The notes under the pieces were generated by a model. That model saw only the letters and a program-made list of their open reading frames with translations, made no database searches and was not told the DNA's origin. DNA of 64,000 bases. Origin: an uncultured Actinomycetota bacterium (lineage in GTDB: Bacteria; Actinomycetota; Actinomycetes; Propionibacteriales; Nocardioidaceae). Position numbers and translations under genes: made by a program. Where the stretch lies: contig CAWGZQ010000001.1 of NCBI GenBank assembly GCA_963827185.1, positions 88,644 through 152,643 on the forward strand, given 5' to 3'. Below, piece by piece: positions 1 to 10,230 of this stretch; position 1 is the first letter of the stretch, and each line of letters begins with the position of its first letter.

Positions 1-1242
1 CCCGCGAGGACATCTTGACCGGACCCAGCTCGGCCCAGCCCTTGTCGGTCCAGAAGGCGGTGATCCGGTCGAACCGGGTGACCTCCATGTCGACGACCCA
101 CTTGCAGGCCGACACGTAGCCGTAGAGCCCGGGCACCAGCGTCCGCACCGGGAAGCCGTGTTCGATCGGGAGCGGATCGCCGTTCATCCCCACCACGAGC
201 ATCGCGTCCCGACCGTCGGTGAGCGCCTCGAGCGGCGTGCCGCAGGTCCAGCCGTCCTCCGAGGTCTGGAGTACGGCGTCCGCGGTCGGGTCCGGCCCGG
301 CCTCCGCGAGCAGGTCGGCGAGTCGTACCCCGCTCCACCAGGCGTTGCCGATCAGGTCACCCCCGACCTGGTTGGAGACGCAGTTGAGGGTCACCCAACT
401 CTCGGTGATCTGGCGAGAGACCAGGTCGTCGTAGCTGAGCTCGATCTCCTTCTCCACCATCCCGTGGATCCGGATCGTCCAGTCCATGGGCTCGATCGTC
501 GGCACGATCACGGCCGTGTCGATCAGGTAGAAGTCGTCGGCGGGGGTCATCCAGGAGCTCACCCCGTCGACGCCCACCTTGACCTTGCCGGGGACGTTGG
601 GCTTGGTCATGTCCAGCCGCAGCAGCCTGCGGGCCTCCTCGACCCGGCGGCGACCGCCGCCGGCGACCCGCCCGAGGGCGCCGATGACCCCGGCGACGAT
701 GGCCACGCCGCCCGCGCCGATCAGGAACCCGCGTCGGCTGGCCCGCTGATCCTCGGTGAGCGGTGGCCAGGGCTCCTCCTCGGTCGGCTCGACGATGTCC
801 GGCAGCGCCTCGAGCCGGCGCAGTCGCTGACCCAGCACGAAGAGCACGAGCACCCAGGTGACAAAGCCGACGAGGATCGGGAACAGGTCGGAGGCGACGG
901 AGGCCTCCTTGGACGTGATCGCGATCGCGCCGACGCCCGCGACCACGGCGAGCAGCAGGACCGAGGCCCACCAGCGTCGCCGGGACAACCAGCCGGCCAC
1001 GGCGAACAGCACGCACAGGAGCGCCACGATCGTGATGACCAGCACCGGCTTGTCCTTGTGCCCGAGGACGTCGATCGCGCTGCGGGCCACTCCGCCCGGG
1101 CTCTCCCGGATGACGGCTCAGCGACCGCCACCACCGGCGCCTCGCGGATGTTCATCAGGCTCGCGGTCAGATAGCTGGTGGCCAGGCCCGCCCCGCCGGC
1201 GACGAAACCGGCGAGCGACCACGCAGCCTTGGACGTCCTCAC
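1..1242 (-). CDS. Membrane-anchored molybdopterin-dependent oxidoreductase (sulfite oxidase family); runs off the left edge; frameshift near 1120
   Basis: N-terminal TM helices (MRTSKAAWSLAG...), then in a shifted frame FYLIDTA, TLNCVSN, IGNAWWSGVRL, LPIEHGFPVR, PGLYGYVSACKW. Confidence 0.8.
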
Positions 1243-1277
1243 ATCATGATTGTGTCTCAGGCATCATCATGATGTGC

Positions 1278-1780
1278 ATGACGGACTCCTTACGCCGCTC
1301 ATCGGCGTCGGCACCGACGTCCACCGGCTGACCGACGGCGTCCCCTTGCACCTGGCCGGACTGAGCTGGCCGGACGAGCCTCAGGGGCTGGCGGGCCACT
1401 CCGACGGCGACGTCGCCGCTCACGCCGCGTGCGACGCGCTGCTCTCGGCCGCCGGGCTCGGCGACCTCGGGTCCCGGTTCGGCACCGCGGAGCCGGCTTG
1501 GGCGGGCGCCTCCGGCGCAGCACTGCTCACCGAAACCGCCCGGCTGGTGCGCGCGGCCGGTTACTCGATCGGCAACGTCGCCGTCCAGATCATCGGCAAC
1601 ACCCCGAAGGTCGCGCCGCGGCGCGCCGCGGCCGAGGCAGCGCTGTCCGAGGCGGTGGGCGCGCCCGTTCGGGTCTCGGCCACCACCACCGACGGTCTGG
1701 GCCTGACCGGCCGAGGCGAGGGCATCGCCGCGATCGCGACCGCGCTGATCCTGCCCGCCGCCGAAGAGACCTCTCGCTGA
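1278..1780 (+). CDS. ispF: 2-C-methyl-D-erythritol 2,4-cyclodiphosphate synthase; probable 1-nt indel just after the ATG
   Basis: [48 protein letters not shown]. Confidence 0.92.
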
Positions 1781-1871
1781 GGAAGCACGACGGGTTCGGC
1801 CTCGGGGTTCGGATCCCCACCCGGGAGGTCTCCGGAGCGCCGACCAGCCTGGTCGAGGCGGCGCTGATAGC

Positions 1872-2234
1872 TCAGGCCGCGATCGCCTTGCGCTGACCGA
1901 CCATCACCACGCCCTCGACGATCCTGACGTCGTAGGCCGGCACCGAGACCTGGTCGTCCTCGAGGCATCGGCCGGTGCGCAGGTCGAAGGCGTGGCCGTG
2001 AGCAACCGGCGCCACGCACGGCACGTCGTCGCGGACGAAGACGATCCCCCGGGCCAGCATCGATGTCCGTGCGTACGGGTCATGGTTGCCCAGGGCGTAG
2101 ACCTGGTCGTCGTCGGTCCGAAAGATCGCCACGGCCTGGCCGTGGACGAGGGCGGCGACCCCGCGGCGTACCTCCAGCTCGACGATCCGGCAGACCGGAT
2201 GCCACTCGTCCTGGTGGGGTGAGCGGGGCGCCAT
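1872..2234 (-). CDS. nirD: Nitrite reductase small subunit-like Rieske-fold protein
   Basis: RGVAALV, VAIFR, VYALGNHDP, LARGIV, FDLRTGRCL; TAGGTT 7 nt upstream of the ATG at 2234. Confidence 0.75.
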   Translation of the reverse strand: MAPRSPHQDEWHPVCRIVELEVRRGVAALVHGQAVAIFRTDDDQVYALGNHDPYARTSMLARGIVFVRDDVPCVAPVAHGHAFDLRTGRCLEDDQVSVPAYDVRIVEGVVMVGQRKAIAA

Positions 2235-2257
2235 GCCGGCGAACCTAGGCACGGCCT

Positions 2258-2295
2258 GTTCTCCCCCCGTCTCCGCCGTGTAACGGCGATGAAAA
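2258..2295 (-). promoter_or_regulatory. Putative GlnR box array upstream of nirD
   Basis: Minus strand TTTTC-n6-GTTAC-n6-GAGAC-n6-AGAAC, 11-bp periodicity, resembling gTnAc-n6-GaAAc. Confidence 0.55.
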
Positions 2296-2330
2296 CAAGA
2301 GATCGCTCGAGAGGTTCATAGACTCGCCGC

Positions 2331-3002
2331 GTGTCCGTCGCCATCGTGATCGTCGCAGCGGGCGCCGGGGCCCGGGTGGGCGCCGGCGTCAACAAGGTGC
2401 TGTTGCCCCTCGGCGACCGGCCGGTGCTGGCCTGGTCGGTGACCGACGCGCTGGCAGCGGCCGACGTGAGCCGCGTGGTGGTCGTCGTTCGACCGGGCGA
2501 GGAAGACGCGGTTGCGGCCGCGCTGGCCCCGCACCTCGGTGCCGGAGAGGTGCTGCTCGTGCCGGGCGGGAGCACGCGACACGCCTCCGAGTGGGCGGCG
2601 ATTCAGGTACTGGCACCGGCGATCGAGGCCGGAGCGCTCGACGTAGTCGCGATCCACGACGGGGCGCGCCCGCTCGCGGGGGTGCCGCTGTTCGACGCCG
2701 TTATCGAGGCGGCCCGCGCGCACGGCGGCGCGCTGCCGGTGACCCCGCTTCCGGACGTGCTGCCCCGCTCCGAGCGGGAGCGGGTAGCCGTCCAGACGCC
2801 CCAGGCGTTCGCCGCGCCGACGCTGCTCGCGGCCTACCGCGCCGCCGACGCCGACGGCTTCGAGGGCACCGACACCGCCAGCTGCCTGGAGCGGTACGCC
2901 GCCCAGCTGGCGGTGGCTCCGGTCCCCGGCAGCGCGCGCAACCTCAAGGTGACCTACCCCGAGGACGTCGAGCTAGCGGACCGGCTCGGTCAGGGCGGCT
3001 AG
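2331..3002 (+). CDS. ispD: 2-C-methyl-D-erythritol 4-phosphate cytidylyltransferase
   Basis: [46 protein letters not shown]. Confidence 0.9.
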   Translation: MSVAIVIVAAGAGARVGAGVNKVLLPLGDRPVLAWSVTDALAAADVSRVVVVVRPGEEDAVAAALAPHLGAGEVLLVPGGSTRHASEWAAIQVLAPAIEAGALDVVAIHDGARPLAGVPLFDAVIEAARAHGGALPVTPLPDVLPRSERERVAVQTPQAFAAPTLLAAYRAADADGFEGTDTASCLERYAAQLAVAPVPGSARNLKVTYPEDVELADRLGQGG

Positions 3003-3543
3003 CACGGCGACGTCGTCGCTCGGAGGTGACGCGGCGAGCTTCGGCGGGTGCATCGACCCGCTCGACCGGGCACCGTCCGGCCAACGATTCCACGAGCTCC
3101 GCGAAGTGCAGGCTCGGCCAGCGGTCCAGCTGGGCCACGAGGGCCGCAGGGAGCACCACGGGCGAGCAGACCATCGCTAGCCCGGCGCGATCCACGGTCC
3201 CACCGAGCCGACCGGCCTCGAGCACCTTGACCGTGTCGGTGACCGCTCGGACGCCCACGACCACCGCGCCGCTGGCAACGGATCGGGCGAGGCACTCGGC
3301 GATGAACCCGGGCGGGGTCATCGGGCACAGCGCGTCGTGCAGGACGAACGGCTCACCGGAGGCCTGGACGCCCGCCCACTCGGTGCCGACGTCGACCGGT
3401 GTGACCCCGGACTCGCCGAGTGCCCAGACGGCGGTCGCCACCAGCGCCTCACCGTGGATCAGCGCGAACGGCAGGCTGCCGCGACCTTCCTCGACCACGG
3501 CACCAAGGGCGGGCGGGAGATCGTAGGGGTCGGAGGTCACCAC
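2973..3543 (-). CDS. Degenerate IspD-like cytidylyltransferase; frameshift near the 3' end
   Basis: [10 protein letters not shown] and VRAVTDTVK retained, Gly-rich CTP-binding loop absent; directly downstream of carD. Confidence 0.65.
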
Positions 3544-3588
3544 GACGTCACCGGATGCCCATCGGGGACGGGAGCAGGACACGCGGAA

Positions 3589-3615
3589 GGCCCCCGGGAG
3601 CTCGTCCCGGGGGCC
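3589..3615 (-). terminator. GC-rich hairpin after carD
   Basis: ggcccccggga-gctcg-tcccgggggcc inverted repeat just after the carD stop. Confidence 0.6.
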
Positions 3616-3630
3616 CACCGACAAGCTCGC

Positions 3631-4116
3631 TCAGCTGGCGAGAACCTCGTCGAGGATGGCCTCGGCCTTGTCCTCGTTGGTGTGCTCAGCAAGCGCAAGC
3701 TCGGAAACCAGGATCTGCCGGGCCTTGGCCAGCATCCGCTTCTCGCCTGCGGACAGACCGCGGTCACGCTCGCGGCGCCACAGGTCGCGGACGACCTCGG
3801 CCACCTTCATGACGTCACCGCTGTGCAGCTTCTCCAGGTTGGCCTTGTAGCGGCGCGACCAGTTGGTCGGCTCCTCGACGTGCTCGGCACGGAGCACGTC
3901 GAACACGCGGTCGAGGCCCTCCTTGTCGACGACGTCGCGAACACCCACCAGGTCGAGGTTGCACGCCGGCACCCTCACGACCAGATCCTGCTGGGCGACG
4001 ATCCTGAGTACGAGGTACTCCCGGTCCTCTCCCTTGATCTTCCGCATCTCGATGTCCTCGATGACTGCGGCCCCATGATTGGGATAAACAACCGTTTCGC
4101 CGACGGTGAAAGACAT
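3631..4116 (-). CDS. carD: CarD transcription factor
   Basis: [42 protein letters not shown]. Confidence 0.97.
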   Translation of the reverse strand: MSFTVGETVVYPNHGAAVIEDIEMRKIKGEDREYLVLRIVAQQDLVVRVPACNLDLVGVRDVVDKEGLDRVFDVLRAEHVEEPTNWSRRYKANLEKLHSGDVMKVAEVVRDLWRRERDRGLSAGEKRMLAKARQILVSELALAEHTNEDKAEAILDEVLAS

Positions 4117-4283
4117 ATGTGATGAACCCCTTCCTAGGTGTTCATTCTATCACGATCGAAATTCACCTCCGGCCACGTTTCCGCAGGTCAGCACCCACAT
4201 TGCGGGCTTGACAGGTGGGGGTTCCTGTGGTGGAGCCGGGCCCATCGGAAACGGGCTCGACCCGGTGGTCGATACTGCTCGGC

Positions 4284-5156
4284 ATGGCGAGATGGCAGCG
4301 TTGGAGGCGCCGCGGCTCCGCCGGGGAGGGGTCCGACACGTTGGTGGCGGACGCCGCAGAGTCCGCCCCGGAGCCGGCGGCGAAGGAATCGGATCCCGGA
4401 TCCCGCGGTGCCCGTCGACGGCAGCGCAAGGCCGGCCTGCCGGCGCGCCGACTGCGCGACCTCTGGCCGGTGCTGATGGTCCAGGCGGCGCACCCTCGTC
4501 AGGCGCTGGCCACCGCCGTGGCCCTCGGCGCGGCCGCCGCGCTGGCCGGTCGTCCGACCCGCGAGGTCGGCGTGGTGGCGCTCACCGTCCTGGTCGGCCA
4601 GTGCATTCTGGGCTGGCACAACGATCTCGTCGACCGCGAGCGCGACGCCCGTCACCAGGCGCCCCACAAGCCGATCGCCGACGGCCGGCTCGACGCGGGC
4701 ACCGTCTGGTACGCCGTCACCCTCGCGGTGCTGCTGCTGGTGCCGCTCTCGATCTCCACGGGAGTGACCGCGGGCATCAACTACCTGATCAGCGTGATGA
4801 TCGGCCTGCTCGCCAATGTCGCGCTCCGGCAGGGAGTCTTCTCCTGGGTCCCGTGGGCGCTGTCCTTCGCTCTTTTCCCCGCCTACATCTCCTACGGCGG
4901 CTGGGGCGGTGCCGCGGAGGGGCCGGCGCCCGAAGCGGTGATCACGCTGCTGAGCGGCCTGCTCGGCATCGGTGTGCATTTCCTGCGTTCGATCTGGGGG
5001 CTGGTAGCCGACAACGAGGACGGCTGGAGATACCTACCGCTGCGCCTCGGCCTTCGGCTCGGTGCCACCCGACTGCTGGTCCTGACGTCGATCTACATCG
5101 TCCTCGTGCTGGTGGGGCTCGCGATCGCCGGCAGCATGGCCGGTCTCTCGCAGTAG
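4284..5156 (+). CDS. UbiA-family prenyltransferase
   Basis: NDLVDRERD...KPIADG Asp-rich motif and multiple TM helices. Confidence 0.75.
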   Translation: MARWQRWRRRGSAGEGSDTLVADAAESAPEPAAKESDPGSRGARRRQRKAGLPARRLRDLWPVLMVQAAHPRQALATAVALGAAAALAGRPTREVGVVALTVLVGQCILGWHNDLVDRERDARHQAPHKPIADGRLDAGTVWYAVTLAVLLLVPLSISTGVTAGINYLISVMIGLLANVALRQGVFSWVPWALSFALFPAYISYGGWGGAAEGPAPEAVITLLSGLLGIGVHFLRSIWGLVADNEDGWRYLPLRLGLRLGATRLLVLTSIYIVLVLVGLAIAGSMAGLSQ

Positions 5157-5245
5157 GGCCCATGCCCTCACCGGACGCTCGTCCCGCTAGGCTGTGACCC
5201 GCTCGACCATCGACGTCCTGACGACCTCAGCGAGGGCCTCTTCCG

Positions 5246-5794
5246 ATGCGAAACCTGCGACTCGCGTTCGCCGCCTGTGGGCTGCTGCTTGCCGTTCCAG
5301 CGCTGTCCTCCTGCGGCTTCGACTACCCCACCGAGCGGGTCAACACCGTCGGTGCGGGGGTGACCAACCAGGAGGCCGCGGTCGACGTCGTCGGTGCGGT
5401 GATCGTCGCCGGACAGCCCGACAGCGGCACGCTGATCGGCACCCTGTCCAACAACGGAGCGGACCCGATCAGCCTCGGCGCGATGACCGGTGGCGAGAAG
5501 GGCGAAATCACCGCTGACCAGCGCGACCCCATCAAGGTCCCGGGCTACGGCTTCGTCAACCTCGCCACGCTCGCCGAGGAGGGCGAGGGGGTCACCGTCA
5601 CCGGCGACTTCGACGCGGGCGACTTCGTGACGATCACGCTCGCGTTCGACAACGACGAGTCGGTCACCATGGAGATCCCGGTAGTGAAGCCGTGCTACCA
5701 GTTCGCCGACCTCGACAACACCTCGGACGAACCGTCGACGGACGCGCTCTATGCGTGCGGACCCGCCGACGCCGAGGTGCCCGCCGAGCACTAG
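5246..5794 (+). CDS. Putative lipoprotein
   Basis: Signal peptide ending in an LSSC lipobox; acidic mature region. Confidence 0.65.
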   Translation: MRNLRLAFAACGLLLAVPALSSCGFDYPTERVNTVGAGVTNQEAAVDVVGAVIVAGQPDSGTLIGTLSNNGADPISLGAMTGGEKGEITADQRDPIKVPGYGFVNLATLAEEGEGVTVTGDFDAGDFVTITLAFDNDESVTMEIPVVKPCYQFADLDNTSDEPSTDALYACGPADAEVPAEH

Positions 5795-5802
5795 GACATC
5801 CG

Positions 5803-6546
5803 ATGTCGCACACGCTGATCCTGCTCCGTCACGGCGAGAGCGAGTGGAACGCGCAGAACCTCTTCACCGGCTGGGTCGACGTCGGCCTGACCGAGAAGGG
5901 CCGGGCCGAGGCGGTCCGCGGCGGTGAGCAGCTCGTGGCCGCGCGGCTCGCCCCCGACGTCGTGCACACCTCGCTCCAACGGCGGGCGATCAACACCGCG
6001 TGCCTCGCGCTCGACGCGGCCGACCGGCACTGGATCCCGGTACGCCGGTCCTGGCGCCTCAACGAGCGGCACTACGGCGCGCTCCAGGGCAAGAACAAGG
6101 CCGAGGTCCGCGACGAGTACGGCGAGGAGCAGTTCATGCTCTGGCGCCGTTCCTTCGACGTACCTCCGCCGGCTATCGACGACGCGTCGGAGTACTCCCA
6201 GGCCGGCCAGGAGCAGTACGCCGACCTGGGCGAGGAGATGCCCCGCACGGAGTGCCTCCAGGACGTGATCGCACGTTTCCTGCCCTACTGGGAGGGCTCG
6301 ATCGTGCCCGACCTCCGGGCCGGCCACACGGTGCTCGTCGCCGCGCACGGCAACAGCCTGCGCGCGCTCGTCAAGCACCTCGACGGCATCGGCGACGACG
6401 ACATCGCCGGCCTCAACATCCCGACCGGCATGCCGTTGGTCTACGAGCTCGACGACACGATGTCACCGACCGTCGCGGGCGGTCGCTACCTCGATCCGGA
6501 TGCTGCCGCGGCCGCCGCTGCGGCCGTCGCCAACCAGGGCCGGTAG
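5803..6546 (+). CDS. gpmA: 2,3-bisphosphoglycerate-dependent phosphoglycerate mutase
   Basis: [40 protein letters not shown]. Confidence 0.97.
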   Translation: MSHTLILLRHGESEWNAQNLFTGWVDVGLTEKGRAEAVRGGEQLVAARLAPDVVHTSLQRRAINTACLALDAADRHWIPVRRSWRLNERHYGALQGKNKAEVRDEYGEEQFMLWRRSFDVPPPAIDDASEYSQAGQEQYADLGEEMPRTECLQDVIARFLPYWEGSIVPDLRAGHTVLVAAHGNSLRALVKHLDGIGDDDIAGLNIPTGMPLVYELDDTMSPTVAGGRYLDPDAAAAAAAAVANQGR

Positions 6547-6603
6547 CCGCGGCCCGCTTCCAGCTGCCGGGGTCTCGACCCGCTCGCGGGCTCGCGCCCC
6601 TCT

Positions 6604-7260
6604 TCAGGCGTCGACGGCGGAGGGGTTCTGCCCGGTGACGACGAAGACCACCCGGTTCGCCACCGAGACGGCGTGGTCCGCGATCCGCTCGTAGTAGCGA
6701 CCGAGCAGGGCGATGTCGACGGCGGCTTCCACGCCGTACTCCCAGCTCGGGGAGAGCAGCTCGGTGAAGCTGGTCCGGCGCAGCAGGTCCATCTCCTCGT
6801 CGTCACGGCCGAGGGCGATGGCGGCCTCGACGTCGCGGCCGATGATGATCTGGGCGACCCGAGCCACCATGTCCTCGGCCACCTGGGCCATCCGGGCCAT
6901 CGTGGGCCGCACCTGCTCCGGGACGGCGAGCTCGGGGACCCGCAGTCGGGCGATCTTCGCGACGTGCACCGAGAGGTCGCCCATCCGCTCGAGCTCGCTG
7001 ACCATGCGCAGCGCCGCGACCACGGTCCGTAGGTCGCCGGCGACCGGCGCCTGGAGCGAGAGCAGCTCGAACGCCGTCTCCTCGACCTGCTCCCTGGCCC
7101 GGTCGATCTCGATGTCGGCGCTGATCACCTGCTCGGCGATCGTGACGTCACCGGTCATCAGGGCCTGGGTCGCCTTCGCCACCGCGGTTTGGACGCTCCT
7201 GCTGATGCTCGCAAGGTCAGTGAAGACAGAGTCGAGCTGCTCCTCGAATACCTCTCGCAT
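6604..7260 (-). CDS. phoU: Phosphate signalling protein PhoU
   Basis: LQAPVAGDLR, ELERMGD, YYERIADHAV. Confidence 0.95.
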   Translation of the reverse strand: MREVFEEQLDSVFTDLASISRSVQTAVAKATQALMTGDVTIAEQVISADIEIDRAREQVEETAFELLSLQAPVAGDLRTVVAALRMVSELERMGDLSVHVAKIARLRVPELAVPEQVRPTMARMAQVAEDMVARVAQIIIGRDVEAAIALGRDDEEMDLLRRTSFTELLSPSWEYGVEAAVDIALLGRYYERIADHAVSVANRVVFVVTGQNPSAVDA

Positions 7261-7296
7261 GTCACCGACACTAAGCGGGGCAGGTGTCCAGTCGGG

Positions 7297-7321
7297 GTGA
7301 GCACGTGAACGCGCGGTGAAC
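7297..7321 (-). promoter_or_regulatory. PHO-box-like direct repeats in the divergent phoU / senX3 promoter
   Basis: Minus strand GTTCAC-cgcgc-GTTCAC (11-bp period) plus GCTCAC. Confidence 0.65.
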
Positions 7322-7376
7322 ATCCCGCGAGCAACCCCGTACTGAGCCGGGAGGACGCCCTCCGCGCCGTACGATC

Positions 7377-8525
7377 ATGGTTGTGGAGCCGACAACGCAA
7401 GCGTTCCTCGCGGCGCTGATCGGTGCACTCGTCGCCGGCGGCGCGGTCCTGGCGTGGCACGTGAGCGACCGCCAGCAGACCCAGCCGCCGCACACCGAAG
7501 AGCCGGTGGTTCCGCCCGGCGTCACCGGCGTGCTGTCGGTGCTGCGCAGCAGCGCCGTCGTCGTCGGCGAGAACGACGTCGTGCTGAAGGCCTCGGCGCC
7601 GGCCTACGCCATGGGCCTGGTCCGCGGCACCGCGCTGCTCTCCGACGAGCTCGCCGGCCTGGTCCGCGAGGTACGGCGCGACGGCCAGATCCGGGAGACC
7701 GAGCTGGTCATGCACCGGTCCGGGGTCCCCGCCCGCCACGTCACCGCCCGGGTGGCCCCGCTCGGCACCCGCCTGGTGCTCGCCCTGGTGGAGGACCGCA
7801 CCCGCGAGCGCCGGGTCGAGGCGGTACGCCGCGACTTCGTGGCCAACGTCAGCCACGAGCTCAAGACTCCGGTCGGCGCGATCCGGCTGCTGGCCGAGGC
7901 CGTGCGCGACGCCGCCGACGACCCCGAGGCCGTCACCAACTTCGCGGGCCGGATGGTCACCGAGAGCGATCGACTCACCCGGCTGGTGCAGCAGGTGATC
8001 GAGCTCTCCCGGCTGCAGGGCGACGAGCCCCTGGAGTCGCCGACGCCCGTCTCGCTCGACGACGTCGTGGCCCTGGCCGTCGACACCAGCGCGATCGACG
8101 CGGGCGACAAGGGCATCGACGTCGTCGCCGGGGGGCCGAAGGGCCTGAAGGTGCACGGCAACGAGGAACAGGTCACCGCGGCCGTCGCCAACCTGGTGGC
8201 CAATGCGGTGGCCTACTCGGAGCCGGGTTCGACGGTGCTGGTGACCACCAAGGCCGAGGAGCACACCGTCGAGATCTCGGTGGTCGACCAGGGCATCGGC
8301 ATCCCCAACGACGAGATCGAGCGGATCTTCGAGCGCTTCTATCGGGTCGATCCGGCCCGGCACCGCTCCACCGGTGGCACCGGGCTCGGCCTGTCCATCG
8401 TCAAGCACGTTGCCGCCACCCATGGTGGCGAGGTTCGCGTCTGGTCCGTCGAGGGCCAGGGGTCGACGTTCACGCTGACTCTGCCGCGACCGACCACCCC
8501 CACCGAGGAAGAAGACCCCGAATGA
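7377..8525 (+). CDS. senX3: Sensor histidine kinase SenX3/PhoR
   Basis: FVANVSHELKTP H-box; NAVAYS, DQGIGI, FERFYRVD, GGTGLGL. Confidence 0.93.
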   Translation: MVVEPTTQAFLAALIGALVAGGAVLAWHVSDRQQTQPPHTEEPVVPPGVTGVLSVLRSSAVVVGENDVVLKASAPAYAMGLVRGTALLSDELAGLVREVRRDGQIRETELVMHRSGVPARHVTARVAPLGTRLVLALVEDRTRERRVEAVRRDFVANVSHELKTPVGAIRLLAEAVRDAADDPEAVTNFAGRMVTESDRLTRLVQQVIELSRLQGDEPLESPTPVSLDDVVALAVDTSAIDAGDKGIDVVAGGPKGLKVHGNEEQVTAAVANLVANAVAYSEPGSTVLVTTKAEEHTVEISVVDQGIGIPNDEIERIFERFYRVDPARHRSTGGTGLGLSIVKHVAATHGGEVRVWSVEGQGSTFTLTLPRPTTPTEEEDPE

Positions 8526-9199
8526 CCCGGGTACTCGTCGTTGAAGACGAAGAGAGCTACAGCGAGGCACTCGCCTACATGCTCCGCAAGGAAGGCTTCG
8601 AGGTCGCGATCGCGGCCGACGGCAACGCCGCACTCGAGGAGTTCGACCGTCGCGGCGCCGACATCGTGCTGCTGGACCTGATGCTCCCGGGCATTCCCGG
8701 CACCGAGGTGTGCCGCACGATCCGGCAGACATCCAACGTGCCGGTGATCATGGTCAGCGCCAAGGACGACGAGATCGACAAGGTCGTCGGGCTCGAACTC
8801 GGTGCCGACGACTACATCACCAAGCCGTACTCACCCCGCGAGCTGGTGGCCCGGATCCGGGCGGTGCTCCGCCGCGGCCAGGACCCCGAGCTGCTCCCCG
8901 ACACGCTGGAGGCAGGGCCGGTGCGGATGGATGTCGAACGGCACGTCGTCACCGTCGACGGGACCGAGCAGCGGCTGCCGCTCAAGGAGTTCGAGCTCCT
9001 CGAGATGTTCCTGCGCAACCCTGGCCGGGTGCTCACTCGCGGGCAGCTGATCGACCGGGTGTGGGGCTCCGACTACGTCGGCGACACCAAGACCCTCGAC
9101 GTGCACGTGAAGCGGCTGCGCGCGAAGCTCGAGCCCGAGCCCAGCGAACCGAAGTACCTCGTGACGGTCCGCGGGCTCGGGTACAAGCTGGACTTGTGA
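8522..9199 (+). CDS. regX3: Response regulator RegX3/PhoP
   Basis: MTRVLVVEDE, LLDLMLPG, GADDYITKP, YVGDTKTLDVHVKRLR; ATGA overlap with senX3. Confidence 0.95.
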   Translation: MTRVLVVEDEESYSEALAYMLRKEGFEVAIAADGNAALEEFDRRGADIVLLDLMLPGIPGTEVCRTIRQTSNVPVIMVSAKDDEIDKVVGLELGADDYITKPYSPRELVARIRAVLRRGQDPELLPDTLEAGPVRMDVERHVVTVDGTEQRLPLKEFELLEMFLRNPGRVLTRGQLIDRVWGSDYVGDTKTLDVHVKRLRAKLEPEPSEPKYLVTVRGLGYKLDL

Positions 9200-9306
9200 C
9201 CAGGGGCGCGCGACCCGCGTGCCCACCGCGACATTCGTCCGGATCCCGCGCTTCGATGGCCGAAAATCGCTAGGCGTCGATCGCCTGCCACCCGTAGCGT
9301 TCAGCC

Positions 9307-10227
9307 GTGAGTACGTCGCGACCCTGGCTCCCGCTCGCCGCGGTCGCGTTCACCCTGGTCACCTGGGCCTCGGCGTTCGTCGCGATCCGCCATCTCGGCG
9401 AGGAGGTGCCGCCAGGCTCGCTGAGCCTGGGCCGGCTGCTCGTCGCGGTGATCGCGCTCGGCCTGATGGTCCGGATCTCGGTCCCGACCGCTCAACGACG
9501 GCTGCCGGGCCGCCGGGAGTGGCCGCTGATCGCCCTCGGTGGGGTCTCCTGGATCGGGATCTACAACGTCGCGCTCAACGAGTCCGAGCGCCGGATCGAC
9601 GCCGGGACCGCCGCCCTCATCATCCAGATCGGACCGATCATCGTGGCCCTGCTGGCCACGTTCTTCTTCAAGGAGCGGCTCACCCGGTGGCTGGTGATCG
9701 GCCTTGCCGTCGGCTTCGTCGGCGTGGTCATCATCGGTCGCGCCTCCTCCACCGCCGGCAACGGCGACGTGATCGGCGTACTCCTCTCGGCGCTGGCGGC
9801 GGTCACCTTCGCCGTCGGAGTGATCACCCAGAAGAAGCTGCTCGGCAGTGGCATGACCGCGCTGGAGATGACGTTCTGGTTCTACGTCGTCGGCACCATC
9901 GCCTGCCTGCCCTGGTCCGGTGAGCTGGTCGGCGTCGTGGCCGACGCGAGCGCCTCCGACCTGCTCTGGATCACCTATCTCGGGATCGTGCCGAGTGCGC
10001 TCGCGTTCGTCACCTGGGCGTACGCGCTGAACCAGTCGGACGCCGGCAAGTTCGCGCTCACCACGTTCCTGGTGCCGTTCATCACCACGTTGATGGCCTG
10101 GGTGGTGCTCGGCGAGGTGCCGCCCGCCCTCGCGTTCGTCGGTGGCGTGCTGTGCATCTCCGGCGTCCTGCTCACCCGCAAGAAGCCGCGGGTCACCGAG
10201 CTCACGCCAGAGCCGGTCAGCGGCTGA
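9307..10227 (+). CDS. DMT/EamA family transporter
   Basis: About 10 TM helices, WASAFVAIR, two EamA-like halves. Confidence 0.85.
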   Translation: MSTSRPWLPLAAVAFTLVTWASAFVAIRHLGEEVPPGSLSLGRLLVAVIALGLMVRISVPTAQRRLPGRREWPLIALGGVSWIGIYNVALNESERRIDAGTAALIIQIGPIIVALLATFFFKERLTRWLVIGLAVGFVGVVIIGRASSTAGNGDVIGVLLSALAAVTFAVGVITQKKLLGSGMTALEMTFWFYVVGTIACLPWSGELVGVVADASASDLLWITYLGIVPSALAFVTWAYALNQSDAGKFALTTFLVPFITTLMAWVVLGEVPPALAFVGGVLCISGVLLTRKKPRVTELTPEPVSG

Positions 10228-10230
10228 ACT

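Noticed and set aside
7454-9199. 581-aa ORF ending in RegX3
   Set aside because: The N-terminal part is an off-frame read of senX3; regX3 starts at 8522.
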